This document shows, piece by piece, positions 54,555 through 62,977 of a stretch of DNA of 64,000 nt. Each line of letters opens with the position of its first letter. The stretch's first letter is position 1. Origin of the DNA: Dehalococcoidia bacterium. Its GTDB lineage: Bacteria > Chloroflexota > Dehalococcoidia > Lucifugimonadales > UBA3495. Made by a program: the position numbers and the translations under genes. The notes beneath the pieces are model-generated. The model ran no database searches. It worked only from the letters and a program-made list of their open reading frames with translations, and was not told the origin of the DNA. The stretch spans positions 151,789 to 215,788 of the forward strand of contig OZ251531.1 of the NCBI GenBank assembly GCA_965243185.1, given 5' to 3'.

Positions 54555-57096
54555 AGGAACCGGCAAATCCCCGGCTAAAACCGCCACCGCCGGCAAGTCC
54601 GGGGACGCCGCCAATCGCAGCAATACTACCCGCGCCGCCGCCGGCAAGGACGGAGCGGCTCGGGGCAAAGCAGCCGCCGGCAAGGCGGCCGCCAGTGATA
54701 AATCGACCGGCGGCGGCCGGCCGGCCGGCAAAGGCGCGGCATCTAATCGGGCCGCCGCCAGCCTGGGCAAAACCGCCGGCAAGCAGCTGGTCATCGTCGA
54801 ATCCCCGGCCAAGGCCCGCACCGTCGGCCAGATTTTGGGCAGCAAATATGTCGTAACCGCCTCCCAAGGTCATGTCCGCGACTTGCCCAAGGGCAAAATG
54901 GGCGTTGACCTGAAACAGGATTTTGCCCCGACCTATGTAACCCTGCGGGACAAAGCGCCGCTGGTCAAGGAAATCAAGCAAGCCGGGGACGCCGCTGACC
55001 GCATCTATCTGGCGACGGACCCGGACCGGGAGGGGGAAGCCATTTCCTGGCACTTGCAGACCGCCGCCGGTTGGGACGAAACGGCCGCCAATCCGCCGCA
55101 GCGGGTGGTCTTTCACGAAATCACTAAAGACGCCGTGCAAGCGGCTTTCCAACATCCCCGGCCCATTGATATGCAGCTGGTCAACGCCCAGCAGGCCCGC
55201 CGTATCCTCGACCGCTTGGTGGGCTATCAGCTCAGCCCGTTGCTAGGCAAGCGGGTGCAGCGCGGCCTTTCCGCCGGCCGGGTTCAGTCGGTAGCCCTGC
55301 GCCTCGTTACCGACCGGGAACAGGAAATCGAGGACTTTGTCCCGGTGGAATCCTGGACGCTGGACGCCCAACTGCATAAGGAAACGGATCCGCCGAACAA
55401 GTTGGAACTCTTTCCCGCCGCTTTACATTCGGTTAAGGGGAGCCGCAACCGGCTGAACATTCCGGTGGAAGCCGATGCCCGCCGCTACGAAGCCGAATTG
55501 CAAGATGCCGCCTACACCGTGGCCGAGGTGCGGAAACGGGAAGTGCGGCAGCGTCCCGCCGCCCCCTTTACGACCAGCACTTTGCAGCAGGAAGCCGGGC
55601 GCAAACTGCGTTTTACCGCCCAGCGCACGATGTCCGTGGCGCAGCAGCTTTACGAAGGGCTGAATATCGGGCAGGAAGGCTCCGTAGGCTTGATTACCTA
55701 TATGCGGACGGACTCGACCCAAGTGGCGCAAACGGCGGTGCAGGAAGCCCGGGATTATATCCGTGCCAAGTACGGCGGGGACTATTTGCCGGCCCAGCCC
55801 CGGGCTTACCGGGCCCGCAGCAAGGCGGCCCAGGAAGCTCACGAAGCCATCCGTCCCACCGCCATTGGCCGCGATCCGGAGTCCCTGAAACCTTATCTGA
55901 CCCCGGAACAGTACCGCCTCTACAACCTGATTTGGGCCCGGATGCTGGCCAGTCAGATGGCGGATGCCCGTTCCGACGCTACTACCGTGGACATTGACGC
56001 CGCGTGCCGGCCGGCCGCCGCCGCCCCGGATACGCCGGGAACGGTCTATAACTTCCGGGCGACCGGCTCCGTGCTGAAGTTCCCCGGTTTCCGCACCCTC
56101 TACCTGGAAAGCCGGGATGATGAGGACGCGGCGGAAAACGCCAATGCCCTGCCGGAATTGGCGGTAGGCAATCGGCTGAACTGCCAGAGTTTGACCGCCA
56201 ATCAGCATTTTACCCAGCCGCCGCCCCGTTTTACCGAGGCTACCTTGGTCAAGGCAATGGAGGAAAAGGGCATCGGCCGCCCCAGCACTTACGCCCCGAC
56301 TATTGCCGTGCTGCTGAACCGCAACTATGTGGTCAAGGAACAGAACCGGCTCCATCCTACCGACTTGGGCAAAACCGTCTCTGAACTGCTCATCCAGTTC
56401 TTTGCCGACCTGATGAACCCGGACTTTACCTCGCAAATGGAGGAAAAGCTGGACGAAATATCCCAGGGGGAACGGGATTGGATTCCGATGCTGTGGGATT
56501 TCTATACCCCTTTTGCCCGGGATTTGGATACCGCCAACGCCAATATGCCCAATGTCAAGCCGGCGGATCAGGAAACGGATGAACTCTGCGACCAGTGCGG
56601 CAGTCCGATGGTCATCAAAACCGGGCGTTACGGCCAGTTTATGGCTTGCACCGGCTATCCCCAGTGCCGCAACACCCGCCCGTTAAAGACCGCGGACAAT
56701 GGGGCGGAAAACGGGGAAAGCGCGGCGGCGGCCGAAACCACTGACGAAGTTTGCGACAAATGCGGCCAGGCTATGGTCATCAAAACCGGGCGTTACGGCA
56801 AGTTTCTGGCTTGCACCGGCTATCCGGCCTGCAAGGCCGCCCGCCCGCTGCCTACCGGGGCGGCTTGTCCCAAGTGCGGCGGCGATTTGGTCGAGCGACG
56901 CGGCCGGGGTCGGGCTTTTTACGGCTGCAATCGCTATCCGGAATGCGATTTCACCATCAACCGCCGCCCCTTGCCCGACCCCTGCCCGGAGTGCAATGGC
57001 TTGATGGCGGAAACCCGGGATGGCGCGGCCTGTACCAGCTGCGCCTGGAAAGGGGAAAAAGCGGCGGAAAAGGCAGCGGCGGCCGTAGGCGGGTAA
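54544..57096 (+). CDS. topA: DNA topoisomerase I with an ~80-aa Lys/Ala/Gly-rich N-terminal extension and C-terminal zinc ribbons
   Basis: TOPRIM LVIVESPAKARTV, DPDREGEAISWH, active-site region GLITYMRTDS, and three repeats of the C..C...C..C type. Confidence 0.93.
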   Translation: MAGKGTGKSPAKTATAGKSGDAANRSNTTRAAAGKDGAARGKAAAGKAAASDKSTGGGRPAGKGAASNRAAASLGKTAGKQLVIVESPAKARTVGQILGSKYVVTASQGHVRDLPKGKMGVDLKQDFAPTYVTLRDKAPLVKEIKQAGDAADRIYLATDPDREGEAISWHLQTAAGWDETAANPPQRVVFHEITKDAVQAAFQHPRPIDMQLVNAQQARRILDRLVGYQLSPLLGKRVQRGLSAGRVQSVALRLVTDREQEIEDFVPVESWTLDAQLHKETDPPNKLELFPAALHSVKGSRNRLNIPVEADARRYEAELQDAAYTVAEVRKREVRQRPAAPFTTSTLQQEAGRKLRFTAQRTMSVAQQLYEGLNIGQEGSVGLITYMRTDSTQVAQTAVQEARDYIRAKYGGDYLPAQPRAYRARSKAAQEAHEAIRPTAIGRDPESLKPYLTPEQYRLYNLIWARMLASQMADARSDATTVDIDAACRPAAAAPDTPGTVYNFRATGSVLKFPGFRTLYLESRDDEDAAENANALPELAVGNRLNCQSLTANQHFTQPPPRFTEATLVKAMEEKGIGRPSTYAPTIAVLLNRNYVVKEQNRLHPTDLGKTVSELLIQFFADLMNPDFTSQMEEKLDEISQGERDWIPMLWDFYTPFARDLDTANANMPNVKPADQETDELCDQCGSPMVIKTGRYGQFMACTGYPQCRNTRPLKTADNGAENGESAAAAETTDEVCDKCGQAMVIKTGRYGKFLACTGYPACKAARPLPTGAACPKCGGDLVERRGRGRAFYGCNRYPECDFTINRRPLPDPCPECNGLMAETRDGAACTSCAWKGEKAAEKAAAAVGG

Positions 57097-57222
57097 CTCC
57101 CGAAGCGTCCGCCGCCCTAATCACGCCATCCCGTCCCCCGCCCTATAGTGAACCTGAAAAACCGCCCGGCCCCAAGCCGGAACAGCCCCCGTCCCCTCTC
57201 CCCCAAAGCCTCCCTGCTACAA

Positions 57223-57318
57223 CCTTCCCGGCCTCTATCCCGATGACCTTCCCGGTCTCTATCCCGATGTCATTCCACGGCCCCTCCTCCCATTCATTCC
57301 ACGGCCCCTCCTCCCATG
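57223..57318. repeat. Two adjacent 2 x 24-nt tandem duplications
   Basis: CCTTCCCGGYCTCTATCCCGATGW x2 (57223-57270), then CATTCCACGGCCCCTCCTCCCATK x2 (57271-57318). Confidence 0.85.
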
Positions 57319-57345
57319 TCATTCCGAAGCGATAGCCGAGGAATC
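57318..57345. repeat. REP-like element variant
   Basis: GTCATTCCGAAGCGATAGCCGAGGAATC (ATTCC/GGAAT arms). Confidence 0.6.
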
Positions 57346-57415
57346 TAAAATGCCCGCCGTATCCTCATCCCAAAACCCAATTTCCAAACTCCCGAAAATT
57401 TGTCCCGTTTATCAC

Positions 57416-57444
57416 TTGACAACTATAATTCCCGCCCCCATAAT
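57416..57444 (+). promoter_or_regulatory. Near-consensus sigma-70 promoter with no ORF downstream
   Basis: TTGACA, 17-nt spacer, CATAAT read directly. A perfect TATAAT also lies at 57424-57429. Confidence 0.5.
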
Positions 57445-58037
57445 TAAAAATTGCAAGGTCAGACCTAGCCCCGGGACGCCGGGTCTCAAAACGATACGCT
57501 AGCTTACCGTGAAATACAGCTCACAGCGCGCTGTGGACGCCCTCGGCCACCGGCCGTAAAGCGTCCCTGCTCCTACCCCCGGGGAACCGGCTTAGGAACC
57601 CGTATTCCCCACCCGGAGCATCGGCAAACGGCAAATCCCAACCGCCGCCAAACCGCTACCCCATCCCTACAGGAGCTGGAGTTACAGGTTGACTGGAGGC
57701 CGGTCAACCAACGGTAGCTGGACTGGGCCAACCCGTCGGAAAGGCAACCATACCATCCGGCGCCAGTAGCCAATTCAAGGTCCGTTGCCGCCAGGCAAAT
57801 CTGGTCGGGCAAAGCTGGAGTGACGCAGCCAGGATTCCAACCAGCCAGGCAACCCGCATGGCCAGACTAGCCAACCGCCTCCCGCACGGGCGGAACTCCC
57901 GGCCAGGGGTTCCGCCCCCCAGCGAACCACTACCCCAATAGCAATAGACAAACCCCAACCGCCGGGGCGGCCCCAAGCCGCCGCCCCGGCGATACCTCGT
58001 ACCCTAACTCATCAACGCCCCGCTGCTGTCCCCCACC

Positions 58038-58063
58038 GTCATTCCCACGAAAGTGGGAATGAC
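58038..58063. repeat. REP-like palindromic element
   Basis: GTCATTCCCAC-GAAA-GTGGGAATGAC followed by GATTTCGATTTTA. Could also act as a terminator. Confidence 0.8.
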
Positions 58064-58102
58064 GATTTCGATTTTATCCCGCCGCCATCCCCCAAAACTT
58101 TC

Positions 58103-58111
58103 TGTTATAAT
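58103..58111 (+). promoter_or_regulatory. Extended -10 promoter element (TGTTATAAT)
   Basis: Read directly, 67 nt upstream of the SDR start at 58178. Confidence 0.45.
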
Positions 58112-58177
58112 GCAGCCCTTGCCATCAACCGCCCGGCTGGTCTTGTCCGGCCGGAGCCTCTAGGGGGAAAAGTATTT

Positions 58178-58969
58178 ATGGATTTGGAATTGCAGGGCAA
58201 AGTCGCCATCATCGGCGGCGCCAGCAAAGGTTTGGGCCGCGCCTGCGCCGAAGTTCTGGCTGAGGAGGGGGCGCGGCTGACGATTTGCAGCCGCACTGCC
58301 GCCGACCTCGAACAAGCCGCCGCCGAAATCCGCGCCGCCACCGGCGCCGAAGTCCTAACTGTACCCGCCGACCTCGAAAACTACGCCAGCATCAAATCCC
58401 TGGTGCAAACCACCGTCGACCACTACGGCCAGCTCGACATTATGGTCAACAACTCCGGCGGCCCGCCCCTCGCCCGCTCCGAAACTGCCACCGAGGAGCA
58501 GTGGGAAACGGCGGTGCAGCGTTCCCTGTTTTTCTTTGCCCGGATGGCCCGGGAAGCCGTCCCCCACCTCAAACGCCAGGGCGGCGGGCGCATCGTCAAC
58601 ATCCTCGCCAGCACCGTCTATCAGCCCATCCCCAACCTGGCCCTGTCCGGCGCCACCCGCCTCGGCGCCGTAGCCTATATGAAAAGCCTGGCTGACGAAG
58701 TGGGGCGGGACGGCATCTTGATTAACAATGTCTGCCCCGGCTCCATCCTCAGCGAGCGGATGCTCTCCAATGTAACCTCCCGCGCCCAGGAGTTGGGCAT
58801 ATCCGTCGAGGAAGGCTTGGCGGAACGGGCCCGGGAAACGGCAGTCGGCCGCATCGGCGAACCCAAAGAACTGGCTTACCTGGTCGCCTTCCTGGCCTCC
58901 GGCAAAGCCAGCTACATCACCGGCACCACCATACTGGTGGACGGCGGCTTGGTGCGCTCTGTAATTTAA
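58178..58969 (+). CDS. SDR-family oxidoreductase (FabG-like)
   Basis: VAIIGGASKGLGRACA and the NNSGGP motif. Confidence 0.85.
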   Translation: MDLELQGKVAIIGGASKGLGRACAEVLAEEGARLTICSRTAADLEQAAAEIRAATGAEVLTVPADLENYASIKSLVQTTVDHYGQLDIMVNNSGGPPLARSETATEEQWETAVQRSLFFFARMAREAVPHLKRQGGGRIVNILASTVYQPIPNLALSGATRLGAVAYMKSLADEVGRDGILINNVCPGSILSERMLSNVTSRAQELGISVEEGLAERARETAVGRIGEPKELAYLVAFLASGKASYITGTTILVDGGLVRSVI

Positions 58970-58984
58970 CGGGCGGCAAGCGGG

Positions 58985-59380
58985 ATGATTGCCACGGCGG
59001 AACTACGCCGCATCGCCGACGCCAAACTGGCCGACGCAGTTGTGCTGCGTCAAGCCGGCCGCTACGACAACGCTGTCTATCTCGGCGGCTACGCCGTGGA
59101 GTTAGCGTTGAAAGCCCGGATTTGCGATACTTTAGGCTGGGACGGCTACCCGGAAACGGGCGGGGAGTTCCACCACCTGCAATCCTTTCGGACCCACGAC
59201 TTGGCAATCCTGTTGCACCTTTCGGGACAGGAAACCCGTATCGAGAACGACTTTCACGATGCTTGGGGCGTCGTCTCAAATTGGAATTCGGCGGCCCGTT
59301 ACCTTGCCGCCGGCAGTGCTAACGAGGATAATTGCTTTACGATGCTGGAAGCAGTTGCTCTACTAGTGGAGGCAATATGA
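58985..59380 (+). CDS. HEPN-domain protein
   Basis: 131-aa helical ORF with pattern AVYLGGYAVELALKARI...FRTHDLAILL typical of non-catalytic HEPN modules. Confidence 0.6.
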   Translation: MIATAELRRIADAKLADAVVLRQAGRYDNAVYLGGYAVELALKARICDTLGWDGYPETGGEFHHLQSFRTHDLAILLHLSGQETRIENDFHDAWGVVSNWNSAARYLAAGSANEDNCFTMLEAVALLVEAI

Positions 59381-59832
59381 GAATCGGTATGCTGAAGCGG
59401 CTGCTGCAAGGGCTGGCCGCCGTCGAGAAAGAAGTTTCCGCGGAACGGGGCGAGTTTTACCTCTTTGCCCTGATTGAAAAAGAGGAATGGGATGAGTATT
59501 CCCCCGTCCCCACTGGCTCCAGCTGGCGACTCTATGTCGCCGCGCCCTGGATTTGGGCCGACGAAATGGCCGCTTTCCGATATCTGCACGAACTGGTGCG
59601 TCCCTATGAGACGGGACGGAGCCCCTTTATGCGCTCCCTCGGCATCGACATAGTGCGTCCCAACAGCCCCCACCTCGAGGAAGTGTGGGAGTATTGCGGC
59701 ACCGCGGACGGGATGGTGGAAGTGTATAACGTCGACATCCTCGACGTAACCGCCTTGCGCGGCTATATCTTTGCCTCCCGCCGGCCCGCCGAACTGCCGC
59801 AACCTCAACAGCCCACTGCCGCCGCCCGATGA
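59377..59832 (+). CDS. Hypothetical protein (partner of the HEPN gene)
   Basis: The ATG at 59377 overlaps the HEPN stop (ATGA). 151 aa. No nucleotidyltransferase motif and no recognisable family. Confidence 0.5.
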   Translation: MRIGMLKRLLQGLAAVEKEVSAERGEFYLFALIEKEEWDEYSPVPTGSSWRLYVAAPWIWADEMAAFRYLHELVRPYETGRSPFMRSLGIDIVRPNSPHLEEVWEYCGTADGMVEVYNVDILDVTALRGYIFASRRPAELPQPQQPTAAAR

Positions 59833-60179
59833 ACCGGCCCGCCTTTACGCCCCCGGAGCAGCCGGTCGACGCCGCCGGCTACAACCGGCGCGGCAATCAA
59901 TACAGCCGCAACGGTGCTTACGAACCCGCCATCGCCGACTACACCCGCGCCCTGGAACTCGACGCCGCCTTTGCCGAAGCCTGGTTCAACCGCGGCGTCT
60001 CCTACTACGAACTGGGAATGTACCCGGAGTCGATTGCCGACCTGACCCAAGCCATCACCCTGAACCCCAACGATGACAACTACTACGGCCGCCGCGCCCT
60101 GGCCTACCTGTTTAACGACCAGCCGGAACTGGCTAATGCCGACCAGGAACGCTGCGATGAACTCCGCAACCCCGGCTAA
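59829..60179 (+). CDS. TPR-repeat protein
   Basis: Two to three TPR units (AIADYTRALELDAAFAEAWFNRGVSYYELGMYPESIADLTQAITLNPND). ATGA overlap with the upstream gene. Confidence 0.75.
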   Translation: MNRPAFTPPEQPVDAAGYNRRGNQYSRNGAYEPAIADYTRALELDAAFAEAWFNRGVSYYELGMYPESIADLTQAITLNPNDDNYYGRRALAYLFNDQPELANADQERCDELRNPG

Positions 60180-60604
60180 TCCCGCCGGTTGCCGGCGGCC
60201 GCCGGCTTGAAATACGGCACCGTCACCCGGTCATTAGCCCGGACGAAAGTAACTTCCACCGCCATTCCGATATGCGCTTCCCGCGGGTCGCACTCCACCA
60301 GGTTGGTGAACATCTTAACCCCCTCCTCCAGCTCGACCAAAGCCAGGATATAGGGGACATCCTCGGCAAAGCCCGGCGTCCGATTCTGGTAAGTCACCGT
60401 GTAAGTCCACACCGTCCCCCGTCCCGCCGTTTCCACCCACCGGACCTCCTCCGACCAGCAATGCGCGCAGATGCCCCGGGGATAGAACTGATACTCCCCG
60501 CAGGTGGCGCAGCGCTGAATTACCAGCTGCCCCCGGCGGCAGGCTTCCCAAAAGGGCCGGGTTTCCCCTACGATGGTCGGCAAGGGCTTGTTCCAATCCG
60601 GCAT
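60176..60604 (-). CDS. Zn-ribbon/OB-fold protein (DUF35)
   Basis: CATCGEYQFYPRGICAHC rubredoxin-like ribbon plus an OB region. 3 nt downstream of the thiolase-like gene. Confidence 0.8.
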   Translation of the reverse strand: MPDWNKPLPTIVGETRPFWEACRRGQLVIQRCATCGEYQFYPRGICAHCWSEEVRWVETAGRGTVWTYTVTYQNRTPGFAEDVPYILALVELEEGVKMFTNLVECDPREAHIGMAVEVTFVRANDRVTVPYFKPAAAGNRRD

Positions 60605-60607
60605 TCT

Positions 60608-61801
60608 CTAATCCCTCCCCAAAATGGCGGTGCCGCCGCTGTGCCGTGCCCCCAAAGAGCCGCCGGTGCCGTGGCACAGGGCAATCTGACAGTCGGCAAC
60701 CTGGCGCGGCGTCCCGGCAAACTGATGCCGCAGCTGCCGCGTCGCTTCCAGCAGCAGGAATATCCCCCGCATCCCCGGATGATTCGACGACAATCCGCCG
60801 CCGTCCGTGTTAATCGGCAGCTTGTCCGGCAAATCCGAATCCACCCGCAGCCGACCGCCGGATACGAATTGACCGCCCTCCCCCTTCGCGCAAAAACCCA
60901 AATCCTCCAGCGTCTCTACCACCGTGATGGTAAAGGAGTCGTAAATCATCGCCATATCGATGTCCCGATGGGTAACGCCGGCCATCGCGAACGCCGGATT
61001 ATGACTCTGCTTGGCGGCAATATACATCAAATCCCGCTGGCCCGCCCCCTGATGGGCAATGGCCTCGCCCACGCCCAAAACCCAAACCGGCCGATGGCGG
61101 CAGCCGCGCGCTACTTCCGGCGACGCTACTACCACCGCGCCGCCGCCATCGGTTATCACGCAGCAATCCGGCAAATGCAGCGGCGACGAAATCATCCGGG
61201 AATTGACCACATCGGCCACCGTAATCGGGTCGCGGAACAGGGCTTCCGGGTTCATTGACGCATGATGCCGCACGGCTACGGCGACTTCCGCTAACTGCTC
61301 CGAAGTAGTGCCGTACAAGTGAAAATGCCGTTGGGCAATCATCGCATACAAGCCGACGGTAGTCAGCCCATACAGCTCCTCAAAGCTGTCCGGCGACGGA
61401 TCCAGCCGGGGATGCCCGTAACGCCCCACGCCGCCGGTGCCGACGGAGACGCCGCCGGAACGGGCCAGGCTGCTGTAGGTGATGACCGCGCAGTTAATCC
61501 GCCCGGCGGCAATGGCGGTCAAGGCATGGGACAAGTGAAACTCGAAGGAACCGCCGCCTACCGTGGTATTATCCACATACTTGGGATACATATTCAGGTA
61601 GTCGGCCAGGTTCATCCCGCTGTTGCGAATGCTGCTCGACGCCGTAAAAAGCCCGTCCACATCCCCTTTGCCCAGCCCGGCGTCGGCCAACGCCTTGCTG
61701 ACGCTCTCCCCTTGGATTTGCAGCTCGCTTTTATCCGGGGCGTAGCGGGTAATATGCTCGTGAATCCCCACAATAGCCGCGCCGCGCTTCAAGTCAACCA
61801 T
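60608..61801 (-). CDS. Thiolase-like (SCP-x type) protein
   Basis: 397-aa ORF with the thiolase-fold pattern and a C-terminal CHGTGGSLG. The pairing with DUF35 is typical. Confidence 0.8.
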   Translation of the reverse strand: MVDLKRGAAIVGIHEHITRYAPDKSELQIQGESVSKALADAGLGKGDVDGLFTASSSIRNSGMNLADYLNMYPKYVDNTTVGGGSFEFHLSHALTAIAAGRINCAVITYSSLARSGGVSVGTGGVGRYGHPRLDPSPDSFEELYGLTTVGLYAMIAQRHFHLYGTTSEQLAEVAVAVRHHASMNPEALFRDPITVADVVNSRMISSPLHLPDCCVITDGGGAVVVASPEVARGCRHRPVWVLGVGEAIAHQGAGQRDLMYIAAKQSHNPAFAMAGVTHRDIDMAMIYDSFTITVVETLEDLGFCAKGEGGQFVSGGRLRVDSDLPDKLPINTDGGGLSSNHPGMRGIFLLLEATRQLRHQFAGTPRQVADCQIALCHGTGGSLGARHSGGTAILGRD

Positions 61802-62050
61802 ACCGGACGCCTCCCTTTGGATACGGGATTAAGTAAGGTACTTTGGGGCCAAGCCGGGGCTATTATGCCACAGAATTAAACCCGGTTAAACCCGTCCCCC
61901 ACCCACCCGTGCAAAAAACCGGCCCCCTTTTGCCCCCTTTCAGGTGTTGACAGACCGCCATTTGTCTATACCATGCGCATGATTTGCCCGGCCGGCTATT
62001 CCCGGAATGCCCCCCCATTCCCCCGCCTTATCCCCGGCCGCAGGATTGTT

Positions 62051-62977
62051 ATGCCCGCAGCCAATCGCCGCCCCCATCGGGTCAACGACCTGGACTTGTC
62101 CAACTGGCAGCAGTATGACGATGTCTTGACCGACAGCCTGTGGATCCTGGAGGCCCGGGATTCCAGCGGCGCCCACCAAGCCGACTATCACGGCAACTTT
62201 ATCCCCCAAATCCCCAACCAGTTGCTGCGGCGGTTCACCCAAGCCGGGGATATTGTGCTGGATCCCTTTATCGGCAGCGGCACCACCGCCATTGAAGCCA
62301 ACCGCTTGGGCCGCCGTTATATCGGCATCGAGTTGGCCCCTTCGGTAGCGGAAACCGCCCGCCAACGCATCCTCGAGGATAGCTTGGCTTGGTCCGCCCG
62401 CCCGGCCTTGTTGGAATCACCGCAATCCTACGCTCCGCCGCCGGAGCCGCCAGACTTGAACATCATTACCGGGGACAGCGCCGCCGCGGCAACGGCGGCA
62501 GAAGTGCGCCGCCGGCTGGCTGACTACGGGGCGGACAGCGCGCAGTTCCTGATAATGCACCCGCCTTATTACAACATCATCAAGTTCAGCGATGACCCCG
62601 CCGATTTGAGCAACTGCCGGGATGTGGACCATTACTTGGAGCGGTTTGTCGCTGCTTATCGCAACATGGCGCAATTTCTTGACCCGGGGCGGCACTTGGC
62701 GGTGGTCATTGGCGACATCTATCAGGAAAGCGAATGGATACCGCTGAACGCCTTGTTGACTTGGGAACTGATGACCGACAAAGACCTGCGCCTGAAAAGC
62801 GTCATCGTCAAAAATATGGTCAACAACCGGGCCAAGCGCAACCAGGAACACCTGTGGCGTTACCGGGCCTTGGCCAACGGCTTTTACATCTTTAAGCACG
62901 AATACATCCTGCTGTTCCAGAAGTTGCGCCGGCGGGGGCGGCATGGTTATGGCCGGCAGGAGCGGAGTAATCCGTAA
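62051..62977 (+). CDS. DNA methyltransferase of the N4/N6 (N6_N4_Mtase-like) family with motif I preceding motif IV
   Basis: GDIVLDPFIGSGTTAIEANRLGRRYIGIEL (AdoMet motif), then FLIMHPPYYNII (variant catalytic motif) and HEYILLFQK. Start set at the ATG at 62051. Confidence 0.7.
   Translation: MPAANRRPHRVNDLDLSNWQQYDDVLTDSLWILEARDSSGAHQADYHGNFIPQIPNQLLRRFTQAGDIVLDPFIGSGTTAIEANRLGRRYIGIELAPSVAETARQRILEDSLAWSARPALLESPQSYAPPPEPPDLNIITGDSAAAATAAEVRRRLADYGADSAQFLIMHPPYYNIIKFSDDPADLSNCRDVDHYLERFVAAYRNMAQFLDPGRHLAVVIGDIYQESEWIPLNALLTWELMTDKDLRLKSVIVKNMVNNRAKRNQEHLWRYRALANGFYIFKHEYILLFQKLRRRGRHGYGRQERSNP

Noticed and set aside
57573-57976. Two overlapping minus-strand ORFs (79 and 90 aa) inside the topA-SDR gap.
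   Set aside because: They have no RBS and no recognisable motif, they overlap each other in different frames, and their composition resembles random GC-rich frames. They are kept only as part of the ORF-poor-gap finding.
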